From Verrucomicrobiota bacterium (GTDB lineage Bacteria; Verrucomicrobiota; Verrucomicrobiia; Opitutales; Coraliomargaritaceae): a DNA stretch of 64,000 bases. The first letter of the stretch is position 1. Each line of letters opens with the position of its first letter. Positions 43,883-54,440 of the stretch are shown here, in pieces. The notes under the pieces are model-generated. The model had not been told where the DNA came from. It made no database searches and saw only the letters and a program-made list of their open reading frames with translations. The stretch covers positions 32,001-96,000 of the forward strand of contig JBCBZJ010000008.1 in assembly GCA_039815375.1 (NCBI GenBank). The letters are read 5' to 3'. Made by a program: the position numbers and the translations under genes.

Positions 43883-45922
43883 ATGAAAATACTCTTTTGT
43901 GTATGCTCTGCATTTCTGCCCCTCAGCTTGATATCGCATCCTATTTTTGAATTGGAAGACTACGAAGTAGTCAGCCGCGAAACAAATTTGATCGGCGAGA
44001 CGCTAGCTGCGTCGCAGGGTGTATACGGACAAGAGGATCTTGAATATCGTCCAATTCTGAGAACTGGAGAAGTGCTTGAGGTAGTGCCCGGTTTGGTCGT
44101 TACACAGCATAGTGGCACGGGTAAAGCGAATCAGTATTTCCTACGCGGCTTCAATCTTGATCACGGAACCGACTTTGCGACTTTCGTTGATGGGATGCCC
44201 GTCAACATGGTCACGCACGCTCATGGACAGGGTTACTCGGACTTCAACTTCGTCATCCCAGAGCTCATTGAATTTGTGAGCTATACGAAAGGTCCTTACC
44301 ACGCTGCTTTGGGTGATTTTTCCTCCGCAGGCTCGGCTCAGATCAAGACAGTTGATCGTCTTGAACAAGGTCTGGCCACCCTGACGATCGGCGAAGACAG
44401 CTATTACCGGGGTGTTTTAGCAGATAGCTTCGATATTAGCGACAAAGAGACGGTTCTTTTTGGTGTTGAAGGCCACTATTATGATGGGCCGTGGGAGATT
44501 GGGGAAAACCTGAACCAGTTTAAAGGTCTTGCGAAATACTCACGCCTATTGGTGGATGGTGAGCTGTCTTTTACCTTCCACGGGTATGATGCAGAGTGGG
44601 ACTCTGCCGATCAAATTCCGATCCGGGCAGTCCAGCAAAACCTTATTTCGCCGCTCGGTTCGATCGACGATGATGTCGGTGGGGAAAGTTCGCGCTATAG
44701 CATTTCGACCGACTATCGTAAGGAAACAGCCAGTGGTGTGACTGATGTGAACGCATACGCAGTTTACTACGACCTGAACCTTTGGTCCAACTTCACTTAT
44801 TTTTTGGAGGACCCGATCAATGGTGACGAGTTTGAGCAAGCAGAGGAGCGCATGATCTATGGCGCGAGTGTTGCCCATAATATTCCGAACGCCAACTGGT
44901 TTGAACGCCCTGCGCGCCACACTTTCGGAATGCAGGTCCGCTATGACGATATTGATGGAGTCGGCCTCTATCAGACTGCTGGTCGACAGCGTATCGGGAC
45001 AGTCCGCGAGGATGATGTAAACGAATTCTCGACAGGTTTGTTTTATGAAAACGAGATTCAATGGACAGATCGCCTGACATCGATTGTGGGTCTCCGAGCG
45101 GACTATTTCTATTTCGACGTCGAGAGCGATTTACAGGCGAACTCTGGAAATGAGGATGACTTTATTGCCAGTCCCAAACTCAATCTGATCTATAGTTTGA
45201 GTGAGGAGGTTGAACTCTACGCGAGTGCAGGCCTCGGGTTTCATAGTAACGATGCAAGAGGAACGACAATCACGCTCGATCCCACTGACCCACTACTCAT
45301 GACGCCTGCGGACCAAGTCGACCCGCTTGTTAAATCAACGGGGGCAGAAGTGGGCATGCGCCTATCGTGGAATGAGAAGCTGAATAGTTCGGTTTCATTC
45401 TGGTGGCTCGAGCTGGATTCAGAGCTGCTCTACGTCGGTGACGCGGGAGCGACCGAGGCGAGTATAGGGAGCGAGCGCTATGGTATTGAGTTTGCCAACT
45501 ACTATCGACCGTTCGACCAGCTGATCTTCGATCTCGATTTTTCTGTGACGCATGCTGAGCTGGAAAACGGAGACGAAATCCCTGGTGCGCTTGATACCGT
45601 TCTAAATGGAGGAGTCACCTATCAAAACGATTCCGGGTTCTTCACGACGCTGCGTGTCCGCTACTTTGGTCCGAGGCCACTCGTGGAAGATGGCTCAGTT
45701 GAGTCAGATAGCTCCCTCGTCTTCAACTACCGTATCGGTTACGATATCTCGGAAAGTCTTCGCATTTCACTCGATGTGCTGAATCTCTTTGATTCGGATG
45801 ATGATGACATCAGTTACTTCTATGAATCACGTCTCCCGGGCGAAGTGGTTGGTGTGGAAGACGTCCACTTCCACCCCATTGAGCCGCGAACAATCCGCGG
45901 AACTTTGACATACCGTTTTTAG
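43883..45922 (+). CDS. TonB-dependent receptor
   Basis: Plug TQHSGTGKANQYFLRGFNLDHGTDF, NLFD, HFHPIEPR, C-terminal YRF; start may be 43865. Confidence 0.93.
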   Translation: MKILFCVCSAFLPLSLISHPIFELEDYEVVSRETNLIGETLAASQGVYGQEDLEYRPILRTGEVLEVVPGLVVTQHSGTGKANQYFLRGFNLDHGTDFATFVDGMPVNMVTHAHGQGYSDFNFVIPELIEFVSYTKGPYHAALGDFSSAGSAQIKTVDRLEQGLATLTIGEDSYYRGVLADSFDISDKETVLFGVEGHYYDGPWEIGENLNQFKGLAKYSRLLVDGELSFTFHGYDAEWDSADQIPIRAVQQNLISPLGSIDDDVGGESSRYSISTDYRKETASGVTDVNAYAVYYDLNLWSNFTYFLEDPINGDEFEQAEERMIYGASVAHNIPNANWFERPARHTFGMQVRYDDIDGVGLYQTAGRQRIGTVREDDVNEFSTGLFYENEIQWTDRLTSIVGLRADYFYFDVESDLQANSGNEDDFIASPKLNLIYSLSEEVELYASAGLGFHSNDARGTTITLDPTDPLLMTPADQVDPLVKSTGAEVGMRLSWNEKLNSSVSFWWLELDSELLYVGDAGATEASIGSERYGIEFANYYRPFDQLIFDLDFSVTHAELENGDEIPGALDTVLNGGVTYQNDSGFFTTLRVRYFGPRPLVEDGSVESDSSLVFNYRIGYDISESLRISLDVLNLFDSDDDDISYFYESRLPGEVVGVEDVHFHPIEPRTIRGTLTYRF

Positions 45923-45934
45923 AGGAGCGTTACA

Positions 45935-47131
45935 CTAGTGCTGAAGTGCATAGGCTAGAGTTTTGCCTTCGTGCTGAATAGTGACATGATTTTGTCGGTC
46001 GTCACGCTGGCTGGCTTCGGTGTGCCCGATAACCTTTGCGGGAATGCCGAAGGATTCGCTTTGGGCGATGATGGCATCGGCAGCTTTGGGGTCGCAAAAG
46101 ATTTCCATACGATGGCCCATGTTGTAAACGCGGAACATTTCTTCGTCGCTTGTGCCGCTGGCTGTTTGGATGGCCTTGAAAATCGGTGGTATGGGCAGGA
46201 AGTTATCCTTGATGTGATGCACTCCGGTGCCGAAGCGTATGCACTTGGTTTGGCCGCCTCCGGAGCAGTGAACCATGCCATGAATGCTTTGGCGATTTTC
46301 GCTCAGCAGTTTTTTGATAACGGGCGCGTAGGTGCGTGTCGGGCTAAGTAGTGCGTCGCCAACTGTAATGGTCGAGTCTGGAAGCGGATCGTCCATTTTG
46401 TAGGGGCCGCAATAGAGAAAACGCGGATCGGTGCGGGCGTCGGCAGTTTCCGGATACTTTTCGAGATAGTAGGGGCTGAGCAGGTCGTGACGTGCGCTGG
46501 TCAAACCATTGCTGCCGATGCCGGAATTTTCGAAGGTTTCATAGCTGGCTTGCCCGGAGGATGCGAGTCCGACGATGGCGAGTCCGGGCTTGATATCAGC
46601 ATTGTCGATGACATCGGCGCGGTCCATCACGACGACGGCGCAGGAATCGACCGTGACCGTTCCGGTCAGGTCGCCGACATCGGCAGTTTCGCCACCTCCG
46701 CTGTGGACGCCGACACCGTAATCGCGAAGTGTGGCAAGGAAGTTTTCGGTGCCTGAGATGAGTTGGGCTAGGGCTTCGCCGGGGATGGCACGGGCATTGC
46801 GATTTACCGTGCTAGAGATGAGTATGCCGTCAATGGCGCCAACGCAAAGCAGGTCATCGATATTCATGACGAGACTGTCTTGAGCGGTTTTGCGGAAAGC
46901 GGATGGATCGCCAGTCTCACGGTAGTGGAGGTAGGCGAGGGTGCTCTTGGTGCCGGAGCCGTCGGAGTGAATAATATTACACTTCGTGGGGTTTCCGGTA
47001 AGGACATCCGGGCCGATCTTACAGAAGGCTCCAGGGAAGACGCCACGGTCGAGGTTGTCTACGACGGCGTGGACTTCGGATTTTGAGGAGGAAACCCCGC
47101 GTTGGGCGTAGCGATCAGATGGATTGCTCAT
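45935..47131 (-). CDS. purM: Phosphoribosylformylglycinamidine cyclo-ligase (AIR synthase family)
   Basis: [36 protein letters not shown]. Confidence 0.85.
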   Translation of the reverse strand: MSNPSDRYAQRGVSSSKSEVHAVVDNLDRGVFPGAFCKIGPDVLTGNPTKCNIIHSDGSGTKSTLAYLHYRETGDPSAFRKTAQDSLVMNIDDLLCVGAIDGILISSTVNRNARAIPGEALAQLISGTENFLATLRDYGVGVHSGGGETADVGDLTGTVTVDSCAVVVMDRADVIDNADIKPGLAIVGLASSGQASYETFENSGIGSNGLTSARHDLLSPYYLEKYPETADARTDPRFLYCGPYKMDDPLPDSTITVGDALLSPTRTYAPVIKKLLSENRQSIHGMVHCSGGGQTKCIRFGTGVHHIKDNFLPIPPIFKAIQTASGTSDEEMFRVYNMGHRMEIFCDPKAADAIIAQSESFGIPAKVIGHTEASQRDDRQNHVTIQHEGKTLAYALQH

Positions 47132-47137
47132 AGAGAA

Positions 47138-47780
<643 letters not shown>

Positions 47781-47788
<8 letters not shown>

Positions 47789-48455
47789 ATTCAGGTCCAG
47801 CGATAATTTTGCAGATATGGTCAACCACCTCTTCCAGAGTCATCGGCGCGGTATCGACCTGCGTCGCTCCATTTGGGCAGACAAGGGGTGCGGTCTTGCG
47901 AGTTGAGTCGAGTTTGTCGCGGGCAGCAATGGAGTCGGTCTGCCCCTCTTTGGCTCGGCGCGCAGCACGGGTTTTCTCGTCGGCATGTAGGAAGAACCGG
48001 TAGGGTGCGTCCGGGAGGATGACTGATCCGATGTCGCGCCCCTCCATAATGAGCCCGGCGAAGCCGTTCGCCCGACCTACATCTGCCTGACTTCTCTGGT
48101 AGTTAAAAAGAAAATTTCGAACAGCTTTGATGGTCGCAAAGCGTGCGACCGCAGCATTCACTTCAGGTGAACGGATCTCTGCATCGCGTGGCACTACTCC
48201 GTTGATGCTGATTTTGGCACTCCGGCCTTCGAGGGTGGTGTCGAGTTGCAGCTGCTCGAGCAGATTAGGGATCGCATCCGGCATTTCAGGGTTAGCTTCT
48301 GCTTGAAGAAGTGCGTAAGTGACTGAGCGATAGTGGGCACCTGTGTCGACATGCATAAGCCCGAGACGCTCTGCGATGCCTTTTGAGGTGGATGACTTGC
48401 CTGTGGCAGCACCGCCGTCGATCGCGATGATTTTGAAAGAGCTGTCTTCAGGCAT
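47781..48455 (-). CDS. cmk: Cytidylate kinase
   Basis: IAIDGGAATGKS, DTGAHYR, EGRDIG. Confidence 0.94.
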
Positions 48456-49803
48456 GTCGAACTTGTTCTAGTGCATCGAAGAATGCGGGAAAGGTTTTTC
48501 CACAACACGCGGGATCGTTTATCGCAAGCCATGGCAGCCCATCGCCCAGCAGGTCATAGCTGCCCAGAATGCCGAAGCTCATCGCGAAACGATGGTCTTC
48601 GTAGGTCTCGACGTTTAGCAGTTGGCCGGAGTTTCGGGCTTTCATGGCGCGAGCACGCAGTTCGTTGGGTTTCGGCTGAATAGTGAGGGCGTCATCCTCT
48701 TCTTTCATGAGCTGCCCAAGCTTTGAGAGCTCCGTAGCCATGCCGGCAATGCGATCCGTTTCCTGATGGCGGGTGTGCCCGATCCCCGTGATGCGAACTG
48801 ACCCTCCCAAGAGCGGCGCAATCGCAGCATAGGTAAGGAAGGTATCAGAAAAAGCGTTGAAATCGATTTCGCGGTGACCGCGCTGAATCTCTTCTGAAAC
48901 TCGGCGAGCCGCGATCCATTCGTTCTTTTCGGCATCGACGCGGAGTCCGTGGTGAGCGAGCACTTCGACGAAGTGGGCATCGCCCTGCAGGGGGTCCGGC
49001 CCTAGATTCGGGATACGAAGGCTACCTCCCTGGATCAGGGCAAGAGCGAGAAAGTAGCTTGCAGCAGAAATATCAGGCTCGATCGCGTAGGTCGCAGGGC
49101 TCGAGTAGCGAACCGGCTCCAGATGATATTCGCCCTCGTTGCCTGGTTCGAGTGGAGCACTACCAAAGGCCTCCCGCATTTTTAAAGTGATGGCGACATA
49201 GGCAGGGCGAACTTCCCGGCAGTTAAGGCTAATCCCATTTTCCTCGTCTGCAGATGAAAGCAGTAATGCTGAGAGGATTTGACTGCTCGCGCTCGCATTT
49301 ACGTTCGCCTGCCCTCCACTAAAGCCTTTCGCTTTAAGTATGAACGGAAAATGCCCCGGCTCACCTTGAAAATCGAATTCGGCAGCGCCGAGTGCTGCTA
49401 AGGCGTCGAGCAGGCCGGACATGGGACGTTTGCGCATGGCATGATCGCCATCGAGTTGATAGCTGCCGCCTTTTTGACGGGCGAGAAGCGCAGTAAGGAA
49501 ACGTGCGGCCGTGCCGGCATTACCAACATCCAGAGTTGCGGAGCTGCAGGGAAGCTGTCCCGAGCAGCCTCTTATTCGAATCTCGCAGGTTTCTTCGTCA
49601 GTTGAAATTTTGAAACCGAGAGCTGCCAAAGCCCTCAGCATAATACGTGTGTCACGGCTGAAAAGGGCACCTTTAAGCGTGGTCTCTCCCTCTGCCAGCG
49701 CCGCCAAAACGAGGGCGCGATTGGTGATGCTCTTCGATCCGGGCAATTGGATCTCGCTCTCAAGCGGACGTTGGAAAGGCGTTATCGGTAGAGGGTCTAT
49801 CAT
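48448..49803 (-). CDS. aroA: 3-phosphoshikimate 1-carboxyvinyltransferase
   Basis: PGSKSITNR, GNAGTAARF, SSQ, ETDR, DHR, KTFP. Confidence 0.96.
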   Translation of the reverse strand: MIDPLPITPFQRPLESEIQLPGSKSITNRALVLAALAEGETTLKGALFSRDTRIMLRALAALGFKISTDEETCEIRIRGCSGQLPCSSATLDVGNAGTAARFLTALLARQKGGSYQLDGDHAMRKRPMSGLLDALAALGAAEFDFQGEPGHFPFILKAKGFSGGQANVNASASSQILSALLLSSADEENGISLNCREVRPAYVAITLKMREAFGSAPLEPGNEGEYHLEPVRYSSPATYAIEPDISAASYFLALALIQGGSLRIPNLGPDPLQGDAHFVEVLAHHGLRVDAEKNEWIAARRVSEEIQRGHREIDFNAFSDTFLTYAAIAPLLGGSVRITGIGHTRHQETDRIAGMATELSKLGQLMKEEDDALTIQPKPNELRARAMKARNSGQLLNVETYEDHRFAMSFGILGSYDLLGDGLPWLAINDPACCGKTFPAFFDALEQVRHA

Positions 49804-49804
49804 C

Positions 49805-50653
49805 TTATCGCTTGAGCTGATCTCTGTAGCTTTTGCCGCGCTCAAGCTTTTGTTGAAGTGCGTTTGCATCATCGTTCAAGAGAGAGCTTTTGAAGCTGTG
49901 GAGCTCGTTTTCCAAGCCATTAATCGCACGAACGACTTCCTCCCGGTTACTGACCAGAATCTGCCGCCAAAGGCCCGGATCCCCTGAGGCGATGCGTGTC
50001 GTGTCGCGAAGGCCGCCACCAGCCAGAGAGCGCCATTCATCCCTTTGCCCTGACAGGTAGCTGCAGAGCGCTGCGGCCAAGACATGTGGGAGATGGCTGA
50101 TGTGGGCGACGATCTCATCATGCTTTTCCGGAGAGGTGCGAGAGACTAACATTCCGAGTTCCTTCCAGAACTGGCTGATCGTCTCGGCTGGGATGTGGGG
50201 AGTCCCCTCCAGAGGCGTAAGGATGCAAGCAGCATTTTCGAAGAGATCACCCTTCGCATGAGTCATACCATTCTGCTCCGATCCAGCCATGGGATGAGAG
50301 CCAAGAAATGTAGCACTACCCAAGTTGACGCCCTGAGCTTCGCGGCATATCCGGCTTTTGGTGCTGCCTACGTCAGTAACTACTGCGTCGGCTTTGAGGG
50401 CTGGAGCGATGCGTTTAAGTAGGGGAATGATGGTTTCGACAGGTGTGCAGATGATAATCAGTCCGCTGTCTGCTACGGCTTCTTCAGGGCTATCGAAGAC
50501 TGCATTACACCAAGGTTGGGATAGGCAGTTGGCACGTGTTTCCGCACGCCTGGACCAACTGTTTATAACCCTTGCCAGCCCGCGCGCATGCGCTGCCATC
50601 CCGATGGAAGCACCGAGTAGGCCTGGCCCCAGTATGGAGATCTGATCGAACAT
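49805..50653 (-). CDS. tyrA: Prephenate dehydrogenase
   Basis: GPGLLG, DVGSTK, HPMAGSE, SHLPH, RDTTRIA. Confidence 0.93.
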   Translation of the reverse strand: MFDQISILGPGLLGASIGMAAHARGLARVINSWSRRAETRANCLSQPWCNAVFDSPEEAVADSGLIIICTPVETIIPLLKRIAPALKADAVVTDVGSTKSRICREAQGVNLGSATFLGSHPMAGSEQNGMTHAKGDLFENAACILTPLEGTPHIPAETISQFWKELGMLVSRTSPEKHDEIVAHISHLPHVLAAALCSYLSGQRDEWRSLAGGGLRDTTRIASGDPGLWRQILVSNREEVVRAINGLENELHSFKSSLLNDDANALQQKLERGKSYRDQLKR

Positions 50654-50789
50654 TGATTGCGAATTGCTTTCGTATAGGCGTTGCAGTAGAGCTGACAACC
50701 GCGAATTGAGTTCGCCTTTTGCCTTGCGGCGCGATACTCGTAAGGTCATTTAGGCAGACCAAATTTGCAGCGCCAGTCCAAATTTAAAT

Positions 50790-52544
50790 ATGGCCAAGTT
50801 AAAGAACAGACAACGTCCCCGTTTGCCTCACGAAAGCAGCCCTTTGCGTAAGGGGCTGATCGCTCTTTTGTTTATTGTTGCAGCCGTCATGGTGCTGGGA
50901 GGCTTCTGGCTTCTGTCCAAGATGGGGCCTCGAGACGTCGATTTCAGAGACTTGAACACGGGAGTGGAGATTTCGGAAGATGTTCTGGCATTAAACGAGC
51001 AAAGTATAGAACTCGAAATACAGTTTGAGGAGATCCTCGCATTACGTGACGCCGAGTTTGAGGATATCGCCATACTCAAGGAGGCACTCGACCTGCAGAA
51101 ACAGTATTTGGATTCGGTTCAACTAGTGGATACTGAATCCACCAAGCGTTATCGTAGTTTGAATCAACGCTACCAGGATCTTGCCGGAGGCCTCTTGCGT
51201 AAGCAAAGTCTGTCGCTTGAGTCGCAGGCCGAAGCGCTCGCACGGGCTTTGGATTATGAAGCTGCAAAAGAAAAATATCGAGAGGCTTATGATTTGCAGG
51301 ATGAAATCAACGAACGTTTTCCCATTAGCACCGCTTACGATGCGCGCCGGGCGAGTTATCTTGAGCGTACAAGCCAATCTTTTGCTGCTGAGCCGATATT
51401 TAAACGCAGCGTTCAATACCAAGTCGAGGGGGAGAAGTTTATAACTGATAAAAACTGGGAGAAGGCTGAGATAGCTCTGAAGCAAGCAATCGCGATTCAG
51501 GACAAATTAAACCGCGAATTCAGAGGAACTAAACGTGCCAGTGTTTCAAGATTGGAGCAGCTGCGTATCCAGCTGATTGGAATTCAGTCCGGTCAGAATA
51601 ATCTAGAGATCGAAAGAATAGAATCACTGGCAGATAAACGCAGGGCTGAGGGGGAGAATATGGAGGCGGCGAGCCTTTATCAAGAAGCGGCGCGACTGCA
51701 GGCTGAATTGAACGATGAGTATCGCGATAGCCCTTATGCTTCGTCCGAGCGAGTCGCTGAGTTTCGAAGAAAATCCGAAACTGCTCAGAGTTTTGAATTA
51801 GGTCGTAGCGTTGAGCGAAATCACGGGGTGTTAAAACAACTTCTGGCTGAACGTCGCACCTATGAGGCTGCAGATGTCATCGTGGGTATGCGTCGTGATA
51901 TCAAAAAGATGAAAGAGGCCTACCCCAAAAGTTCCCTTAATGACGAGGAGCTGGAATTGAAGATTCGTTACCTCAATCTCGTTCAAAGTGATCTCGGCTT
52001 TATACAGGACCGCATCTACGATGCGCTTTTGCCCATTCCAGAGGAGAACGAGTGGAAAATCCTCCGAACGGAGGTCTCCCAGGCGCTGTATTCATTGATC
52101 ATGGGCACAAATCCGAGTCGTAATCTCGGTGAAGTAAACCCCGTCGATTCGGTTAGCTGGATTGAGGCAAAGAGCTTCTGCGAACGATTGTCATGGATCA
52201 TGGGCGCATCCGTTCGTTTGCCAACCCAGAACGAGTTTCGTGGAGCGCTCGGCCGTTTGCGTTACGTCGTTCTGGAAGACCACGTCTGGAGTGCTTCAAA
52301 TGCCGAAGGCAACGCGCAGCCGATTGGCAAGAAAACACCGTTTGCCAGTGGTTGCTTCGACCTCTTGGGCAATGTTAGCGAGTGGTTGGAATCTGTCGAC
52401 CGTTTCGAGACCGAAGATGCGCTTCACATTGGAGGTAATGCTCAGGACCAATTGGAGGTTATTTTCACAGTTCCTGTTCGTGAGGCACCGCGTGGTGAGC
52501 GCAATCGTATGACTGGTTTTCGTATCGTGATGCGGACAAGCTGA
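50790..52544 (+). CDS. Membrane-anchored helical protein with C-terminal FGE/SUMF1-like domain
   Basis: N-terminal TM; TEVSQ, PVDSVSW, RLPT, DLLGNVSEW, GFR. Confidence 0.85.
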   Translation: MAKLKNRQRPRLPHESSPLRKGLIALLFIVAAVMVLGGFWLLSKMGPRDVDFRDLNTGVEISEDVLALNEQSIELEIQFEEILALRDAEFEDIAILKEALDLQKQYLDSVQLVDTESTKRYRSLNQRYQDLAGGLLRKQSLSLESQAEALARALDYEAAKEKYREAYDLQDEINERFPISTAYDARRASYLERTSQSFAAEPIFKRSVQYQVEGEKFITDKNWEKAEIALKQAIAIQDKLNREFRGTKRASVSRLEQLRIQLIGIQSGQNNLEIERIESLADKRRAEGENMEAASLYQEAARLQAELNDEYRDSPYASSERVAEFRRKSETAQSFELGRSVERNHGVLKQLLAERRTYEAADVIVGMRRDIKKMKEAYPKSSLNDEELELKIRYLNLVQSDLGFIQDRIYDALLPIPEENEWKILRTEVSQALYSLIMGTNPSRNLGEVNPVDSVSWIEAKSFCERLSWIMGASVRLPTQNEFRGALGRLRYVVLEDHVWSASNAEGNAQPIGKKTPFASGCFDLLGNVSEWLESVDRFETEDALHIGGNAQDQLEVIFTVPVREAPRGERNRMTGFRIVMRTS

Positions 52545-52605
52545 TTCTCGACTTGAATCAAGGTTCTGGTTGCTAGGCTGCTTTATTCTGCTATTATTTA
52601 ATACT

Positions 52606-52749
52606 ATGAATCCAATCCCAGAGGAGGAATTCATAACACGCGGTCAGCACAGAGCTGATCGGGCAAAGAGAATTATTCTTTCGGTGATGGTGATTTTCAT
52701 TCTTTTGCCGCCTATTCTTGCATGGCTTACCGGAGCCCTAAGTTTTTAA
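52606..52749 (+). CDS. 47-aa single-TM protein (absent from the ORF track)
   Basis: MNPIPEEEFITRGQHRADRAKRIILSVMVIFILLPPILAWLTGALSF*; stop is 13 nt before the next gene. Confidence 0.6.
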   Translation: MNPIPEEEFITRGQHRADRAKRIILSVMVIFILLPPILAWLTGALSF

Positions 52750-52762
52750 GTTCAAGAATGGC

Positions 52763-53776
52763 ATGAAAAAAACCATTTATATTCTCAGGGGATTCTTTCT
52801 TCTTTTGAGCTTTTTGGGCTGCCTTTTGTTGAATTACGCGGTTAGCGATTGGAGCTTATTGACGATTGTCCCGGTCGGGATGGGAATCGCTGTTCTTGTG
52901 ATCCTCACTGATCTTTTGCTTGAAGGGTTTTCACTGCGTGGACTTTCCGCGATTACCTTTGGTCTGGCAATCGGAGCATTGATTGCATTTCTCCTCTCTC
53001 AATCACCGCTATTTGAGCCGCTTGAGCGTGATGAGGATCTCGCTCAGATGGTTTTCCTGACAAGATTGCTTCTCTATGTGATTTGCATGTATCTGGCGAC
53101 TGTTATCGCATTGCGTGGAAAAGATGAATTCAACCTGGTTATACCGTATGTTCGATTCAGCTCTGAAATGGTCGAAACACCCCTGGCTGTGGTCGATACG
53201 AGTGCCCTCATCGACGGTCGTATTGCTGCGATTTGTGAGAGTCGTTGGTTCGGATTTGAAATTGTTATCCCCCGCTTCGTTCTCGATGAACTTCAGGCGA
53301 TAGCAGACTCTTCAGATTCTTCACGAAAGGAAAAGGGCCGCAAAGGTCTCGAGGTGTTGAATCGATTACGTGAGATGAAACACCTCGATTTACGCATCCA
53401 TGAAAGTGATGTCCCAGATCGAAAGGCGGTTGATTCCAAGTTGGTCTACCTCGCCGATACACTAAAAGCGAAGTTGCTGACGACCGATTACAATTTGGCC
53501 AAGTTGGCTGAGTTCCATAATATTGAATGGCTCAATATTACATCACTTGTCCGTGCCCTGAACCAAGAAGTCTCTGTTGGTTCGAGACTGGACGTCGAGC
53601 TTGTTCGTCCCGGCAAAGATCCTCATCAGGCCATCGGCTATTTACCAGACGGGTCAATGCTCGTCGTGAACAACGGGAAAAACTTAATTGGTAGGGAAGT
53701 TCGGGTTGAGGTGGATTCGGTGGTGCCTTCATCCGGTGGGAAGATGATATTTGCTACGCATCAGCGGGAGATTTAA
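52763..53776 (+). CDS. Membrane PIN/TRAM domain protein (YacL-like)
   Basis: TM region, VDTSALIDGRI, TTDYNL, GYLPDGSMLVV. Confidence 0.92.
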   Translation: MKKTIYILRGFFLLLSFLGCLLLNYAVSDWSLLTIVPVGMGIAVLVILTDLLLEGFSLRGLSAITFGLAIGALIAFLLSQSPLFEPLERDEDLAQMVFLTRLLLYVICMYLATVIALRGKDEFNLVIPYVRFSSEMVETPLAVVDTSALIDGRIAAICESRWFGFEIVIPRFVLDELQAIADSSDSSRKEKGRKGLEVLNRLREMKHLDLRIHESDVPDRKAVDSKLVYLADTLKAKLLTTDYNLAKLAEFHNIEWLNITSLVRALNQEVSVGSRLDVELVRPGKDPHQAIGYLPDGSMLVVNNGKNLIGREVRVEVDSVVPSSGGKMIFATHQREI

Positions 53777-53933
53777 TCCCGAAACAGGGTGAGTTTTAAA
53801 ATTCTGTTAAACCCTTGGTGGTCAGTGATTTTTCTTGGATTGCTAGCTCTACCGTATATCACTTAATCAAGCTGGGGGGCGTTTCCTCCAGATTTATATA
53901 ATATACATAATAATCCAAATAAGGAATATCATC

Positions 53934-54278
53934 ATGAATACCAAATCTAAAAAAGGTTTTACTCTCGTTGAAATCATGATCGTGGTCGTTATCATCGGTC
54001 TCTTAGCTGCAATGGCTATCCCAGCCTTCCAGAAAGTTCGTGAAACGTCCCAGAAGAAGACTATTATCAACAATCTTCGCCAAATTGCTTCTGGCGCTGA
54101 CCAATACTTCCTTGAAGAAGGTCTGACAAAGGTTACTGTCGCTGACATCACTGGTGGCGATCAATACATCAAGTCGCTCAAGAAAGTTTCTGACGAAACT
54201 TACCCTGTATCTGTTCTTAGCACAGACACTGTTCTCACAGCTGCGGGTGCAGTTGTCTCTGCTTCGATTGCATTCTAA
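53934..54278 (+). CDS. Type IV pilin-like protein
   Basis: Class III signal KKG|FTLVEIMIVVVIIGLLAAMAIP; has its own terminator. Confidence 0.92.
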   Translation: MNTKSKKGFTLVEIMIVVVIIGLLAAMAIPAFQKVRETSQKKTIINNLRQIASGADQYFLEEGLTKVTVADITGGDQYIKSLKKVSDETYPVSVLSTDTVLTAAGAVVSASIAF

Positions 54279-54300
54279 GCTAGCGAATCTGAATTTAATC

Positions 54301-54332
54301 AAAAGCCGCCTGTTAGCAGGCGGCTTTTTTTT
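54301..54332 (+). terminator. Intrinsic terminator after the pilin gene
   Basis: AAAAGCCGCCTG-ttag-CAGGCGGCTTTTTTTT. Confidence 0.9.
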
Positions 54333-54440
54333 ATTTTTGTATGGCCGACATGAGGAATCCAAACTTTGTTGCGGCATGCGTATTGTATAGGATCGTAGAT
54401 TTCGCGATCCGCACGAATATGCCCTGAATTTTACTAAACG

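Noticed and set aside
53800..53933. Sigma54 promoter or phase-variable G tract upstream of the pilin
   Set aside because: No correctly spaced GG-N10-GC site found; the G6 run is short and lies in a hairpin stem.
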